From contig JBFLGF010000200.1 of assembly GCA_050230475.1 (NCBI GenBank), positions 1-64,000 on the forward strand: a stretch of DNA of 64,000 nucleotides. The letters are read 5' to 3'. The notes under the pieces are model-generated. The model worked only from the letters and a program-made list of their open reading frames with translations, had not been told where the DNA came from and made no database searches. The stretch comes from Ancylonema sp. Taxonomy: Eukaryota. This document shows, piece after piece, positions 27,143 through 38,444 of this stretch. The position numbers and the translations under genes are program-made. Within the stretch, counting starts at the first letter, position 1, and every line of letters starts with the position of its first letter.

Positions 27143-30100
27143 ATGGAGCCAATGAAAAATATTGGATTTGATCTACTGGGGACGTTTTATTGGCGTTGAT
27201 GACTGGTCAGGGAAGGGAGGGAGGCAGGTGTATGGGGCGGTATAGGTGGAGGGAAGGGGATTTTTAGCAAAGGGGTGCAATTTTTTTTGGGGTTGGGATG
27301 CCTCACGTTTCTATGTCCAGCTTCAGCTTCTGGACCTGGATTCAACCCCCCCCATCCCAACCGCCCACCCACCCAGCCCATCTCAGCACCTCTGCAGGCG
27401 GCCAAATGACTATGGACCAAAAGGTGGAGTAGAGGTTGCACTGGACATACAGCTTCTGGTCGTACAATTCTAGGCCGAGTTTTGTTTTGAAGGGATAAAG
27501 ATTGACCCTGTGATGTGACCAGAGGCATTGCCGCGTTTGAAAGGAAATGCGGTCGCTGGAATTTTATTTTTACAAATATGATGTGAAATGTATTAAAAAG
27601 TCCTGCAAAAAAAAAAAAAAAAAAAAAGGGAAAAAAAGGAAAATGAAATTCGGAAAGAAAAAGTACCTGAATGAGCATGGAGCGCATGAGGTCTCCTCCC
27701 ATGAGAGACCGCACCGGGTGTGCCACTTGCTGCTCATACTTGCTCTGACAACGGGAAACCATATCAGGAAAGGAACAGAAGCATCAGTTTCAGTATGAGC
27801 CCAGGTAGGAATGAGAAGGGGGTACGGACACAGCCTGCATGAAAGTGTGAGAGGGTGATAGACGCATTCGGATACCCGGTTACCCGGTTACCCGGGTTAC
27901 CCGGAATGGATCTTGAGGTGAGTTGGAGCACCATCATCAACTCCATCAGCTGTTGGTCTGACGCGTCTGGACCGCTGCTCCCGGGAGCAACTTCGGATGC
28001 GAATAACTCCAACATCCTGCCCATGGAAACGCATCAGGGAGTCAGTTTTTTTGGAAAAAACATATATATTCACTACTTGTCTAAAACGGCTTTACTAGAA
28101 CTGTATCTTGGTACGAGGGGACCTGAATGTCTGCGTCTACGTGGCATGAGTGCGTGAGACACACTGATCGAAACCGAACAAAACTGGCATCCGTGTTTTT
28201 TTTTTTGTGATCTGTTCTCGGGAGTGTCTGTGCCACTCACTCACAGCTGACTCCAAATTTGGCAACAGATAGCTACAGGCGCTTCTCAGTACCAGTTTCC
28301 AGTTCCCAGTTGGGGCTACAGCTACTAAGCTCCTCTGGTCTAAGCAGCAGCACACCTGCGCAGCGAGTCTGCCGTGAGCCTCACTTCCAGAGCCTCTGCC
28401 ACGCCGCCTCGCCGCTTACGAAACGTGTCAAACAAATCGTCTCGTATCTGCATCAACTGCGGGACAGGAGGTGCCATGGAGGAAAACAGGAACAAAGTCA
28501 GCATTCACACCTCTGATCCCCCCTTACTTTGCAAACATACACACAGGTGGCTGCAACATACACGTGGGCAAACCAAGTAGAACCTCTTCACCCCCCCCCC
28601 GAAGAAAGAAGCAGTACTCCGCCGCGAAAGCGTACCGGACTCCACGCATGATCGCGCACAAACACCCGCACCGCTTCGATCCCCTGCTCACTCCATTTCT
28701 CTATATTGTCGCTACCACTCAGCTGGCTGTGGCGTATCACCCAGGAAGAAGCCACAGCTACCCCCGCCCCTGCAGCCGCGTACCTCAGCCAGTAGCGGGC
28801 GGCTCTGCTGGGCTGCTGGTAGTGCGACACCTGGACACCATATGCCACTCAGAACCGAGTGACTGTGCTGAGTCGTACATTTGTAGAAAAGGACAGGTGG
28901 CTGGTAGTAAGGGTCCTACGGGAAGTGCAGATCACATAACCCGCACGATTTGCTTACCAAAACGGCGACAAGGCTCTGGATCGTCTCAGTGTCGCTCGCA
29001 ACAAGGTCGATCAACCGTCCGATTTTGTGTTCCATGGAAGCTTTCCTATCTGCTGTGGACCGGTCCTTGAGCTCAATCACGACCCGGGTGGCAGAGGAGG
29101 AGGGGGCGGTGCTGAAGACTGCATACCCACTCTGACAGGTGGAGCTACCCAATGAGGAGGCAGCCATGATGGTATCTCCTGCTACCTTCAGATTCGGTTG
29201 TGAATGTCATGACATACTGCTGCTGCTGCGTAACCTCAAAAGAGGTCCATACATGCCTGGATGATCGACCCGATTTTTTATGCAAAATTTGTGGAGGAGG
29301 TGATGTACTCCAGTCATACAGTTGGTTGGATGGTGCAGGACATGCGGTATATGTGTATGTGTACATATGAATATACGTTTATATATATACATATGTATAT
29401 ACACATGCGTATGTCTACATATGTATGTATACAGATGTATGTATACATATGTATGTATACATATGTAATTATGTGCAAATATGTATGTATACATGTACAC
29501 ATATATGCAGTATATGCGAAAAGAGGAAAAATCGAAGAGGAAGAGGAGTCCTGAAGGACAGGAACAGTGTGAGCCTCACCTGAGGCACGTCGTAAGAGCC
29601 TTCCATCCCGCGGAGGGCTGAACTCGTGGCCTCAAGGGCGCCCACAAACGGATTTGGGCTCTTGGTGTGCATTCGGGTCTCAGATTGAGCGAGCTCCTCC
29701 ACATCGAGGTACATCTGGAAAGGCGAAAGGCGAGCTCCAATGTGCAACTCAGGCCACGGTATGACTTACAGTGTGGGAGTCGGAAGGTAAGGGGCAAGGC
29801 AGAGAGACAAAGGAGTGGTGTGAGCGGATGTAAGCATGAGATCTAGTTTGCACAATTGTTTTAGAGATCCTGGATGAGAGCAGAGGTCCACTGTGGAGCA
29901 GTCATGTATGCATGGATGGCGTTAAGAACTGAGCAATGGCGGGGACTGCACGTCAGAACCTGTGTGGAAAATGCAGAGCTGCGCCGCCATGCCAGAGTCC
30001 AAAAAAACTTTCTCACCTCACCGAGCACACTGAGAAGTTTGTTTTTGAGCGATCGCAAAAATATCACTCGCTCTGCGATGTTTGCTTCAGCTCTGTGCGT

Positions 30101-30875
30101 CAAATTGAAGGCTTCCTCGGAAGGGGTAATAAACGAGTTTGCGAGCAGCGCCGCATTGACAGCTAGCGCCCACGGCCCCCTCTCCAAGACCATCACCCAT
30201 AGCTGCTTTTCGGGGGACGCCTGCAAGGGCGTGCAGATGAAGAGGAAATGATGATAGATAGAGTTATATAGAGTTGTGCCAATTCTCCAATCCAATTCGT
30301 GGAAAGAGAGTACAGAAAAGGGGGAGCATGGGCGCCAGAGTAACAGGCGAGCAGGCTGATTTGACGACATCTTCTAACAATTTCTCAGCTTCACCTTATG
30401 AAGCTGTTCCCAGAAAAGAAGCTGCTTGCTGACAAGGTGGACACTGTTGAGGAGCTTCTGTGCCGAGCTTTGGATAGCACTGAGGGCCTCATTGCACACC
30501 CTTGCAATCGCCCTGCATATGCATTCCATGCCAAATGAAGTCTGTGAATGGATTCTTGGTTCGCATTCTTTGGTAAATACAAACAAAATTCCTACATGTG
30601 TCAGTTAGAGGGGATAGAGTCTGATGGATTCGTAGTTCGAATGGCAGATCATTGCCAGGCGATGCAATCGAAGCAATTTTGTAATTAGTATCATATCTGT
30701 CGAATGCTCGCAGGGATGCAAAATTGTCATTTTACCTGGAATCCGTAGTAAATGTATCACTACCGACGAGTTGCAGCAGCTCTACTCGCAAAGAGTCTCT
30801 GAGAATCGGGACGGTGACGATGGCGGCCTGTGCCCTTCTATCCGCGAAAAATGTCGGAAGAAAATTGAAGATCAT
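27143..30875 (-). CDS. DGS1: DGS1/NCA2 copy 2, partial (3' exons lost at the N join at 27142)
   Basis: Identical to copy 1 exons over the duplicated span. Confidence 0.75.
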
Positions 30876-31331
30876 CGTCGTGCAAGAAACAGTTACAGAG
30901 TGCAGGCACCTCCAGCTTAATCGAGTTTCCCGTGCAGCAGTGCAGAGGCACCTTGAATACCCTCTCTCGATGGGGTCATTAATATGAGTGCTGACAACAC
31001 GCTAAGAGAGGACGAACAGTGGGTTGTCATATTCCGCACATCTCACTAAAATTAAATATATATTCAGCTCGTAAGTAGCTAGCCTCACACAAATATGAAT
31101 GGCAGGTGCAGATCACTGCCCGCAGATTGAGAAGCCAGATAATACATGAGTCCCTGGTATATGATACGGGCAGGGAACTCGCGAACTGCCCCTGCCGTGT
31201 CCGACACCAGCTGGATATGATATCGAAGCGCGCTTAGCGTAGACGCCTCGCTGATGAGTATCGGTCAGGAGGCAGAGGAAGGAAGGGGGTATAAAAAAAG
31301 AGGGGTTCAAATTCGTTTCAAACTCTTTTGT
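27143..31331 (+). repeat. Second copy of ~16581-20769 (5' part of DGS1 plus upstream region)
   Basis: ORF track identical at constant offset 10562; identity ends at 31331. Confidence 0.95.
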
Positions 31332-31966
31332 GAAGATAGTGGGATCGATCAGTGATTCAGACGCCTCTACGGCTTTGGCTATGAGTTGATACATGCATCA
31401 TCATGAATTCGTATGTCAAGACATACGAATTTAAGCTGATGTCGGGTGCATTTCTTGATGTAGGGCTTCAGTTTGGCATCCATGGCTTGTATGCTCTAGT
31501 GTTCTGAAGAGGTGGAGAAGAATCATCACAATGGGGATATGAGGTTTGTGGTTCGTCACATCGGTAACCACATTTAGGAAGCGTGCTTTTCGGCATGCGC
31601 ATGCATTCGGGCATCTCATCTCTCTCTTCGCGTGATCCATGTGATATCTCGTGCGTGATAAGTACACAATGATGAAACAATGCTAATGTTCAGTTGCATA
31701 TGCGAGCATCATATGCGGGCATGTGATGTTTGTCGTGTTCATTGATCACTACCATTAAAGCCTTATTCACTTGTACCCAATCTTCTACACTGTAATCTCG
31801 ATTTAAGCTGGAATGGATATGGCAAAAAAAAGATATGACTCCATAACCAAAGGATCCACATCCAATGAACAAATTGTTATAATATAATACACTAAATATG
31901 TGGTCAAAAGGTGTGGTTATAAACAGTGCTCTAATGCTACTGTGCGACAACTAGTGCTCCTCCTCC

Positions 31967-33373
31967 TTAATCCCCTCCACCTCCTCCATCGTGTGAGGTG
32001 GGCAGCTTGCGCTTCCTGGACACTTTTACCTGTGTTAACAGAGGGAGACAAAGAGGCCAGAATGATGAGCAAGGGCAGCCTTCTGCTGTGCACAATGGGT
32101 CATGTAATATATTACCTTCACCCCGATTGCCACATGGTGCAGGTCGTACGTAACATCCTTTTATAGAGTTCGCCAAGTGTTTGTCCATCTCCACCAACGT
32201 CTTCGTCTTCACCCCGTATCCTTTCTGGCATTTCAGCAAAGAGTGACCAAATGTCCGCAACTCTCTGTGCTGGCCCTCTTCCCACACTCCATAATCGAAA
32301 TGCTGGCTGAAGTAGTGATCTCACACATGGTCGATCCTGGCGAATACCGCATGATTGCAGTTCTTGCTATGGTTGAGCTCCTCTCCCTCTCTCGGTGGTT
32401 CCGGGACGGGACACCACCATCCTCCGTTTTGGCCGACCGATGCCGGCTTATCACGAAACGCTTCGTAAAGTTCTGCAATCCGACCATGAAAACACATGTG
32501 CATACTAAAGAGGTTACTTCACATGTACTCAGTACGCAACATCACATATCACATCACATGTACGCGGATAGAGATAAGGATAGGCAGCAATACACATGCG
32601 TATGTTGATAGCATGCAGCCGCGGTTTACCCTTGCGATCGTCTGGTCGTTGGCCTTCCACTTGAAAGGGATAATGGTCTCGTCTCACAACGTACGGTTTT
32701 CCGTCCTTGGTTAGCGACGGCGATCCTCTCGCCTTCCCCCCTCCTTCACGGGCAGCTACAAGGGAGCTGTTTAGGAGGGGGGCAAGTGTCGTTGCGGGAG
32801 CAGGACGGAGGTTCCGGGTCGGGAGATATCACCTGTCGGGATACGTTCCACCACTTCTTCCGCAGCAGCCCTGCACTCAGCCACCAATGTCGCGTTCACG
32901 TTTTTGATGTCATATATAGACGCCTCCAACTTCTGTCTTTTGGCGGCCTCCACCTTGATGCTCTCCTGCAATGTCCTAATGGTGGCGGATTGCGTCTGGT
33001 ACACCTCAAGTGCCGTCTTCATTTCGGCGGCGTTCGTCTTGATGACCTCCTGTAATGTCCTAATGGAGGCGGAGTTCGTCTTGATGACCTCCTGTAATGT
33101 CCTAATGGTGGTGGAGTGCGTCCGGTTCACCTCCTTTACCGCCATGATTTCGCCGGACTGCGTCGTCGCGTCTTTTTGCACGTGGTCCAGTAGAACACAG
33201 AGTCTGTTCAGATCCTCCTCGAACTTCTTTCTCTTGATCAAGGGATCCTGAGTAGGATATGAAGACAGTCCAGGCCTCCGTTTCGGGAAGACTCGGGTAA
33301 TAATAACTATCTTGTCGCGGCAATGGAGATCGGCGTCGTGGTGAATTGATGTGAGGTGCGTCCTGGTAGCCAA
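31967..33373 (-). pseudogene. Coiled-coil repeat plus C2H2-like zinc-finger gene, degenerate
   Basis: ORF 32771-33373 has repeats (IRTLQEVIKTN x2, IRTLQESIK). Downstream exon reads WWCPVP..NCNHAVFARIDHV*DHYFSQH with a stop at 32321-32323. Confidence 0.5.
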
Positions 33374-33480
33374 ATATTCTTCCTGATAGCGTGGGCGGGG
33401 TGGTTGAAGTCGGCTCCTTTCGATATCCGCGGGTCACCCTACGTATAGTACAGGCCGATACCATGACGGCCGATTTTTTT

Positions 33481-33735
33481 TTTACCTTTGCCTTTTCCTC
33501 CGCAGCGGCGGGCGGGAGTTAGAGTTTCGGCCGATAGATCAAAACCGAAAATCATTTTACCTTTGCCTTTTCCTCCGCAGCGGCGGGCAGGAGTCAGAGT
33601 TTCGGCCGATAGATCAAAACCGAAAATCATTTTACCTTTGCCTTTTCCTCCGCAGCGGCGGGCGGGAGTCAGAGTTTCGGCCGATAGATCAAAACCGAAA
33701 ATCATTTTTCATTTTTCCTTTTCCGCCGCAGCGGC
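33481..33735. repeat. Three tandem 75-bp units (plus partial) between divergent ORFs
   Basis: Unit TTTACCTTTGCCTTTTCCTCCGCAGCGGCGGGC...CCGAAAATCAT starts at 33481, 33556, 33631. Confidence 0.95.
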
Positions 33736-33887
33736 GTATTAAGAATGTCTCTTTTCGTGGCTGTTCTCTGGCTGTAACCATGCGGTGACACGTGGAAATC
33801 GGGAGGATGCGACTACATCCACATGTGACATCACTATCTGACGAGGTAGCACGGTCAATTCACGGAAACCCCCCGACAACCGTAGAA

Positions 33888-35487
33888 ATGGAGGACCCCG
33901 TGACGTTGCTCGCAGAAGGCCTCCAGCTTTATGCGGAATTGACAGACGAGGATATCGATTACATCGAATTTCAACTCGGACAAGGATGGAATCCTGACAT
34001 GGCAGGTCTGCCCCTCGTCCCGGGTCGAGACGCAGAACCCGCCGACGTCTCGATCGTCGAGGGACAGCAGTGGACAGATACGGAGACAAACGCGACGGAA
34101 GAGGCTGTCGCAGAAGGCAGTGGTCGGGGATCTGGGTCGACCGGAGGCGCCGTGGACGCTTGGATACTACAGCAGAGGGTGGAAGTGGACCGGTTCATGG
34201 AGTGGATCAAGAGAGAGGCGATTCGGTCGGGTGTCGCTCTCGCATCTTTCTCCGACTTCCGTTAGGTGAGACGGAGTGGGCGTAGGAGCTCAAAAGAGGA
34301 GCTCAGGCATCATGGATCCTTGTCCTGCCGTTCACAACCGTGATGTTGCTATCGCAATGACCTCTTCAGCACCTTCTCGGGGACACCGAGGCGGTGGACG
34401 CGCAATGCTCGTCTATCCTGGGGATGGCCGGGGTCGACAGTGTGCAGGAGGTGCGAATTGGGGTCTACCCCTTTTTCGACCACGCAACCTGGAAGTTTGT
34501 CCAGGTGGATTTCTAGACCGAGGCCGTGATCCTGTGGGGATGGGAGGACGTGAACCACGTGCGGAATGAAATTGTGAGTTGAGCCTTGGACACTTCGTAC
34601 ACTCAAGGCCCCTGACTCTTCTTTCCCCCCTCGCAGGTATCCTTTTTGGAAAACGCGTCTCACCTCGGTGACACCGCAGGTCGTGTCTCCAGTACCCCGA
34701 TCTTCAACTTTTCCCGTGCCCCCTTGTCTGGAGACACAGGGGACCAGGGATTTAGCTGGATGCTCACGATATGTTGAATCTGAGCCCACGGGCCGATGGA
34801 GTTCGCAGTAAGAGTCCTGCTCCACGTCACCTAACCCCCCTAGGAGAAAAACACACTCATCTGACACACTTATCCGATCTACAGCCAGAAGAATTGGGGA
34901 GCATTGCGGAGTCCGTCGGGACGCGGGTAACGGAGGACAGGGAGAGTCAATTCCTGGCCGCCATCGATTCTTCGTGCACTGACAAGGTGGATCTTCCACC
35001 CATGCCAGGTACCAACACCTATTCTGACACAATCCTTGATGGTACGGACAGAACGTAAACGACGCAATCCGTGCAATGCGATCTACAATGTTCGGTCAAG
35101 TGCAATACCAGGGAGCTGCCTACTATACTGTCAGCTCCTACCTGTACACAATGGTGAGTGGCTGGCGCTACAGCATCATTATTTTTTCCACAGGTGGCAG
35201 GGTTTGGTACCGCAGATGCGTTGGTGCTGTGGAGTTCGGTCCGGGAAGACATCAGAGCAGCAGGATGTAGAGTGGTATAACCCCTTACTGGTACGCACTG
35301 CATCTCTCAAAATCAGTGACTACTGGTTGTGCACACAGGTGTGGATCCCCATGAACGATGAAGGTCATTGGAGACTCCTCCGCATCAACCTGGATGCGGG
35401 AATTGTGATGACCTACGACCCTATGTGGCCTACAAACAGACTTGAAGAGGAGCCACCTAATTTCGCCTTCCTAAAGAACGTACTGGC
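33888..35487 (+). pseudogene. Ulp1/C48 (SUMO protease)-like gene, degenerate, interrupted by a copia element
   Basis: VWIPMNDEGHWRLLRINLDAGIVMTYDPM matches the C48 His/Asp region. An upstream degenerate segment GVYPFFDHATWKFVQVDF*TEAVILW looks similar. Several stops and frameshifts. Confidence 0.65.
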
Positions 35488-38444
35488 TATAGGAATAGTA
35501 GTCATTTGGCTAAGTTCCTAGTCCGGATGTTCTTGAACATGTAGTCCGGTTGAAACTCTGGATAGGAGTTATTAGATACGGGGATGATACGGGGATTAAT
35601 AAGCCCGACATAATTTGGTCGAGATATTTGGGTCGATCGGTCAATCCAGCCATTAGCTGGATTGAGTACGTATTTGTCATGCATATCGGACATGTGTCAG
35701 TTAAATGCTGGTCATGTGAGTTGCGGCCGCGAGTATCTTAGTCCGTCGAAGCACCTATTGGTTGGCTATCGCTGATTGGTGCTTACATATACGTGTTAAT
35801 TTGCATGTGCATTTAGATTCGCATTGTATCATAAAGTAGACGTGGGCGCGTAGCGAGTAGTGTGGCTCGCTATTGTGTTTGTGCGAAACATTGCTCAAGG
35901 TCTGACTTTCAGACCTTGGAGCGGTAATTGATCGAACTTGCAACTCATCTCACACCGAATCTGAAAATGCGTTGTTGTGAATGAGGAGTGTATGGGCACT
36001 TGTTCGAGATAGGATTCACGCATACATAAGAGTTCCATATCAAGATGGACTCTTACTCTTCAAATGGTAAATGGTATCAGAGCGATGATTTTCAAGGTCC
36101 AGAACTATAGGGTCTGGTGTTCTCAAGGAGAATAACTATAGGGTCTGGTCTACGGTCGTAGAACAGAGCCTTAGGGAGAAGAAGTTATGGGGGCACGTGA
36201 TGGGTACGGCAGTCAGGCCTCCTCCCCCGCGCGCCAGGGCACCGGCGGTTCGGACAATCGCCGCATCCCAAGGAGTACTTGCCGTGGCCGGTGCCGCGGA
36301 AGTTACGCATGCAATAGCGGAAAGGGAAACGAAACTCTTTGAAGACTTTGATGCATCCATGGCCAGGGCTAACAGTGTGCTTCTGTCGACGCTTGAGCCT
36401 AAGGACATCATGGCGACTGTGATGCTGCCCTCTCCGGCTGAGAAATGGGCTCAGTTGGCCAGGATTATGCCGCGGTTTCCATGGCTAAATGCTAGGTCAA
36501 GGTTCAATGATTTCAGGATGCATGATGGGGACTCCGTGGTGACTACTCAGCTTCGCTTCGACGAAATGGAAAATGAATGTGCCATACAAGGGGTTTCAAG
36601 CACGGAGGATAACAAAACGATGATCCTTTTTACTCAACCCTCCGAAGCGTGGAGAGATTTCATGGATGCATATGCTACAAGAACACCCTTACCGGCGGTT
36701 GCGGAGATTTTCCGAGCTATGAAAGCGCTAGAGGAGCGGAGGAACATGCGGAACGATCGTGAGTATGCCGAGGCAAATTATGTGGGACGATCTGGTGGAG
36801 GGGGCAGCAATGGCGGCTACAAGCCGAAGGTGACTGGCCGCTCGGAGATGAGTGGAGGGAGTGAATCAAGAATTTCTACTGTTGCGGGAAGACGGGGCAC
36901 TTTGCTCGAGAGTGCCCCATGCGGGAGAAGACATGCAACGTCTGCAGTCTGAAAGGACACCTTGCCAACATGTGCCGGTCAAAGAGTGGGGAGGAGGATG
37001 TCCAAGAGGATGCAGCCGATAAAGCGGAGAAGCCGACGGAGACTTCGGGGAGGCCAAAGTCGCAGACTTATGTGGAAAGGCCGAAGTTGCTGAATCCTAA
37101 GGCGACCAAGTTTCAGTTGGCAAAGCAAAATGTTGAGGGGATGGTGGTGGCCGAGTCGCCCTGCCAGATGACCTTTCCTTTTCGTCAAGTGAAGAGGCCG
37201 AGTGGCTCGCCGATTTAGGTGCATGCCGCCATGTTTGTACAAACTTACAAACTTGAGCCTCATGTGATGAGCTGAGTGAGCCTGTTAAACTTACTCACCT
37301 TGCCGGTGAGATCGATGTACATCTAGAGGGGACAGTGAAATTGGAATGTGCGGATGACCTCGGTTCAGAGGTGTTGTTCTTGTATGAAACCCTCTATGTA
37401 CCTCAGGCTACTACAAATCTGTTTAGTGTTCAAAATATGAGAAAGGCGAAATGCAGGATTGTGCAGCAAAAGAGGCTTGGAGTGCAGTGGATGAAGAACA
37501 AAAGGGGAAAGGTGAGAGGCAGTTTGGTTGAGGACTGTAATGGTAGAGCAACTGTGAATTGTAGGACCATGCTTCCCCCTCTTATAGACCTGATTAGGAT
37601 TCTGAAACTAGCATCACATGATGGTGGAAACATTGGAGTGGTTTCGGGAGTCTTGCCGGGATTTATGCCAACTCCGGGGTTTGATGGGGTGTAGTCCCAA
37701 CCGAGGGGGCTGATCATAACTTTGAAGTTATGATTGCTGAGGTAGGGAATTGTGGAAGAGTGTGGTGCGCTGTCCCAACCATTTTCAGAAGGAGAGGGAG
37801 AGCAACTCCCAGTCGAGGGGGCTGAAGATTCGCCAACCTTGGGGAAGACGTTCCTCCCGATCGATTGTGATGAGACATTGCCAGCCTGGAATGAAGTAGT
37901 GGCAACAAGGTCGGAGCCGGTGCTCTTTCCATCTAAAGTGGAGGTGGTTACGCAGTCCCCGGCCGCGGGGAGAGGAGCTGGATATTCACCCTCGGGGGGG
38001 GAACTCCCAACCATTGTGATGGCGTTGCCAGCCGCACAAGTGGGAGTGCACATCGATTGGGGGAGTAGTGAGACTTCCACCGATAGTGATGACATGCTGA
38101 GTGTTGAGAAGGTCGATGAGATCTCATTGGACACTTCTGATTCTATCAGGAAGATTACAAGTGGCATTGCTGACGTCACTAAAAGAGGCATTGTTCCATT
38201 GGGAGGGAAGGCAAATTTTGTGATGCTCGAGATCGGCTTCGGTCTGAAGCGACCTCCTACTGTTTGGGATGATGTGCATGGAATGAAGAGAGTTAGTCAC
38301 CTTAGTGGGGCTGGCTAATTGATCATGAATAGTGGCTAGGGATTAGCCAATGAGAGGGGGATTGTAGGATAGTAGTCATTTGGCTAAGTTCAGTCCGGAT
38401 GTTCTTGAACATGTAGTCCGGTTGAAACTCTGGATAGGAGTTAT
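35488..38444 (+). mobile_element. Ty1/copia element A, non-autonomous (gag plus protease only); 5' LTR 35488-36062, 3' LTR starts at 38363 and is interrupted
   Basis: PBS TGGTATCAGAGC at 36072-36083; gag ORF 36197-36952; zinc knuckles CGKTGHFAREC and CNVCSLKGHLANMC; protease EWLADLGACRHVC...LYVPQATTNLFSV; PPT GAGAGGGGGAT before 38363; TSD CTGGC. Confidence 0.9.

Noticed and set aside
33439..33742. CRISPR-like array or repeat protein
   Set aside because: Head-to-tail 75-bp units with no unique spacers and no cas genes; eukaryotic context
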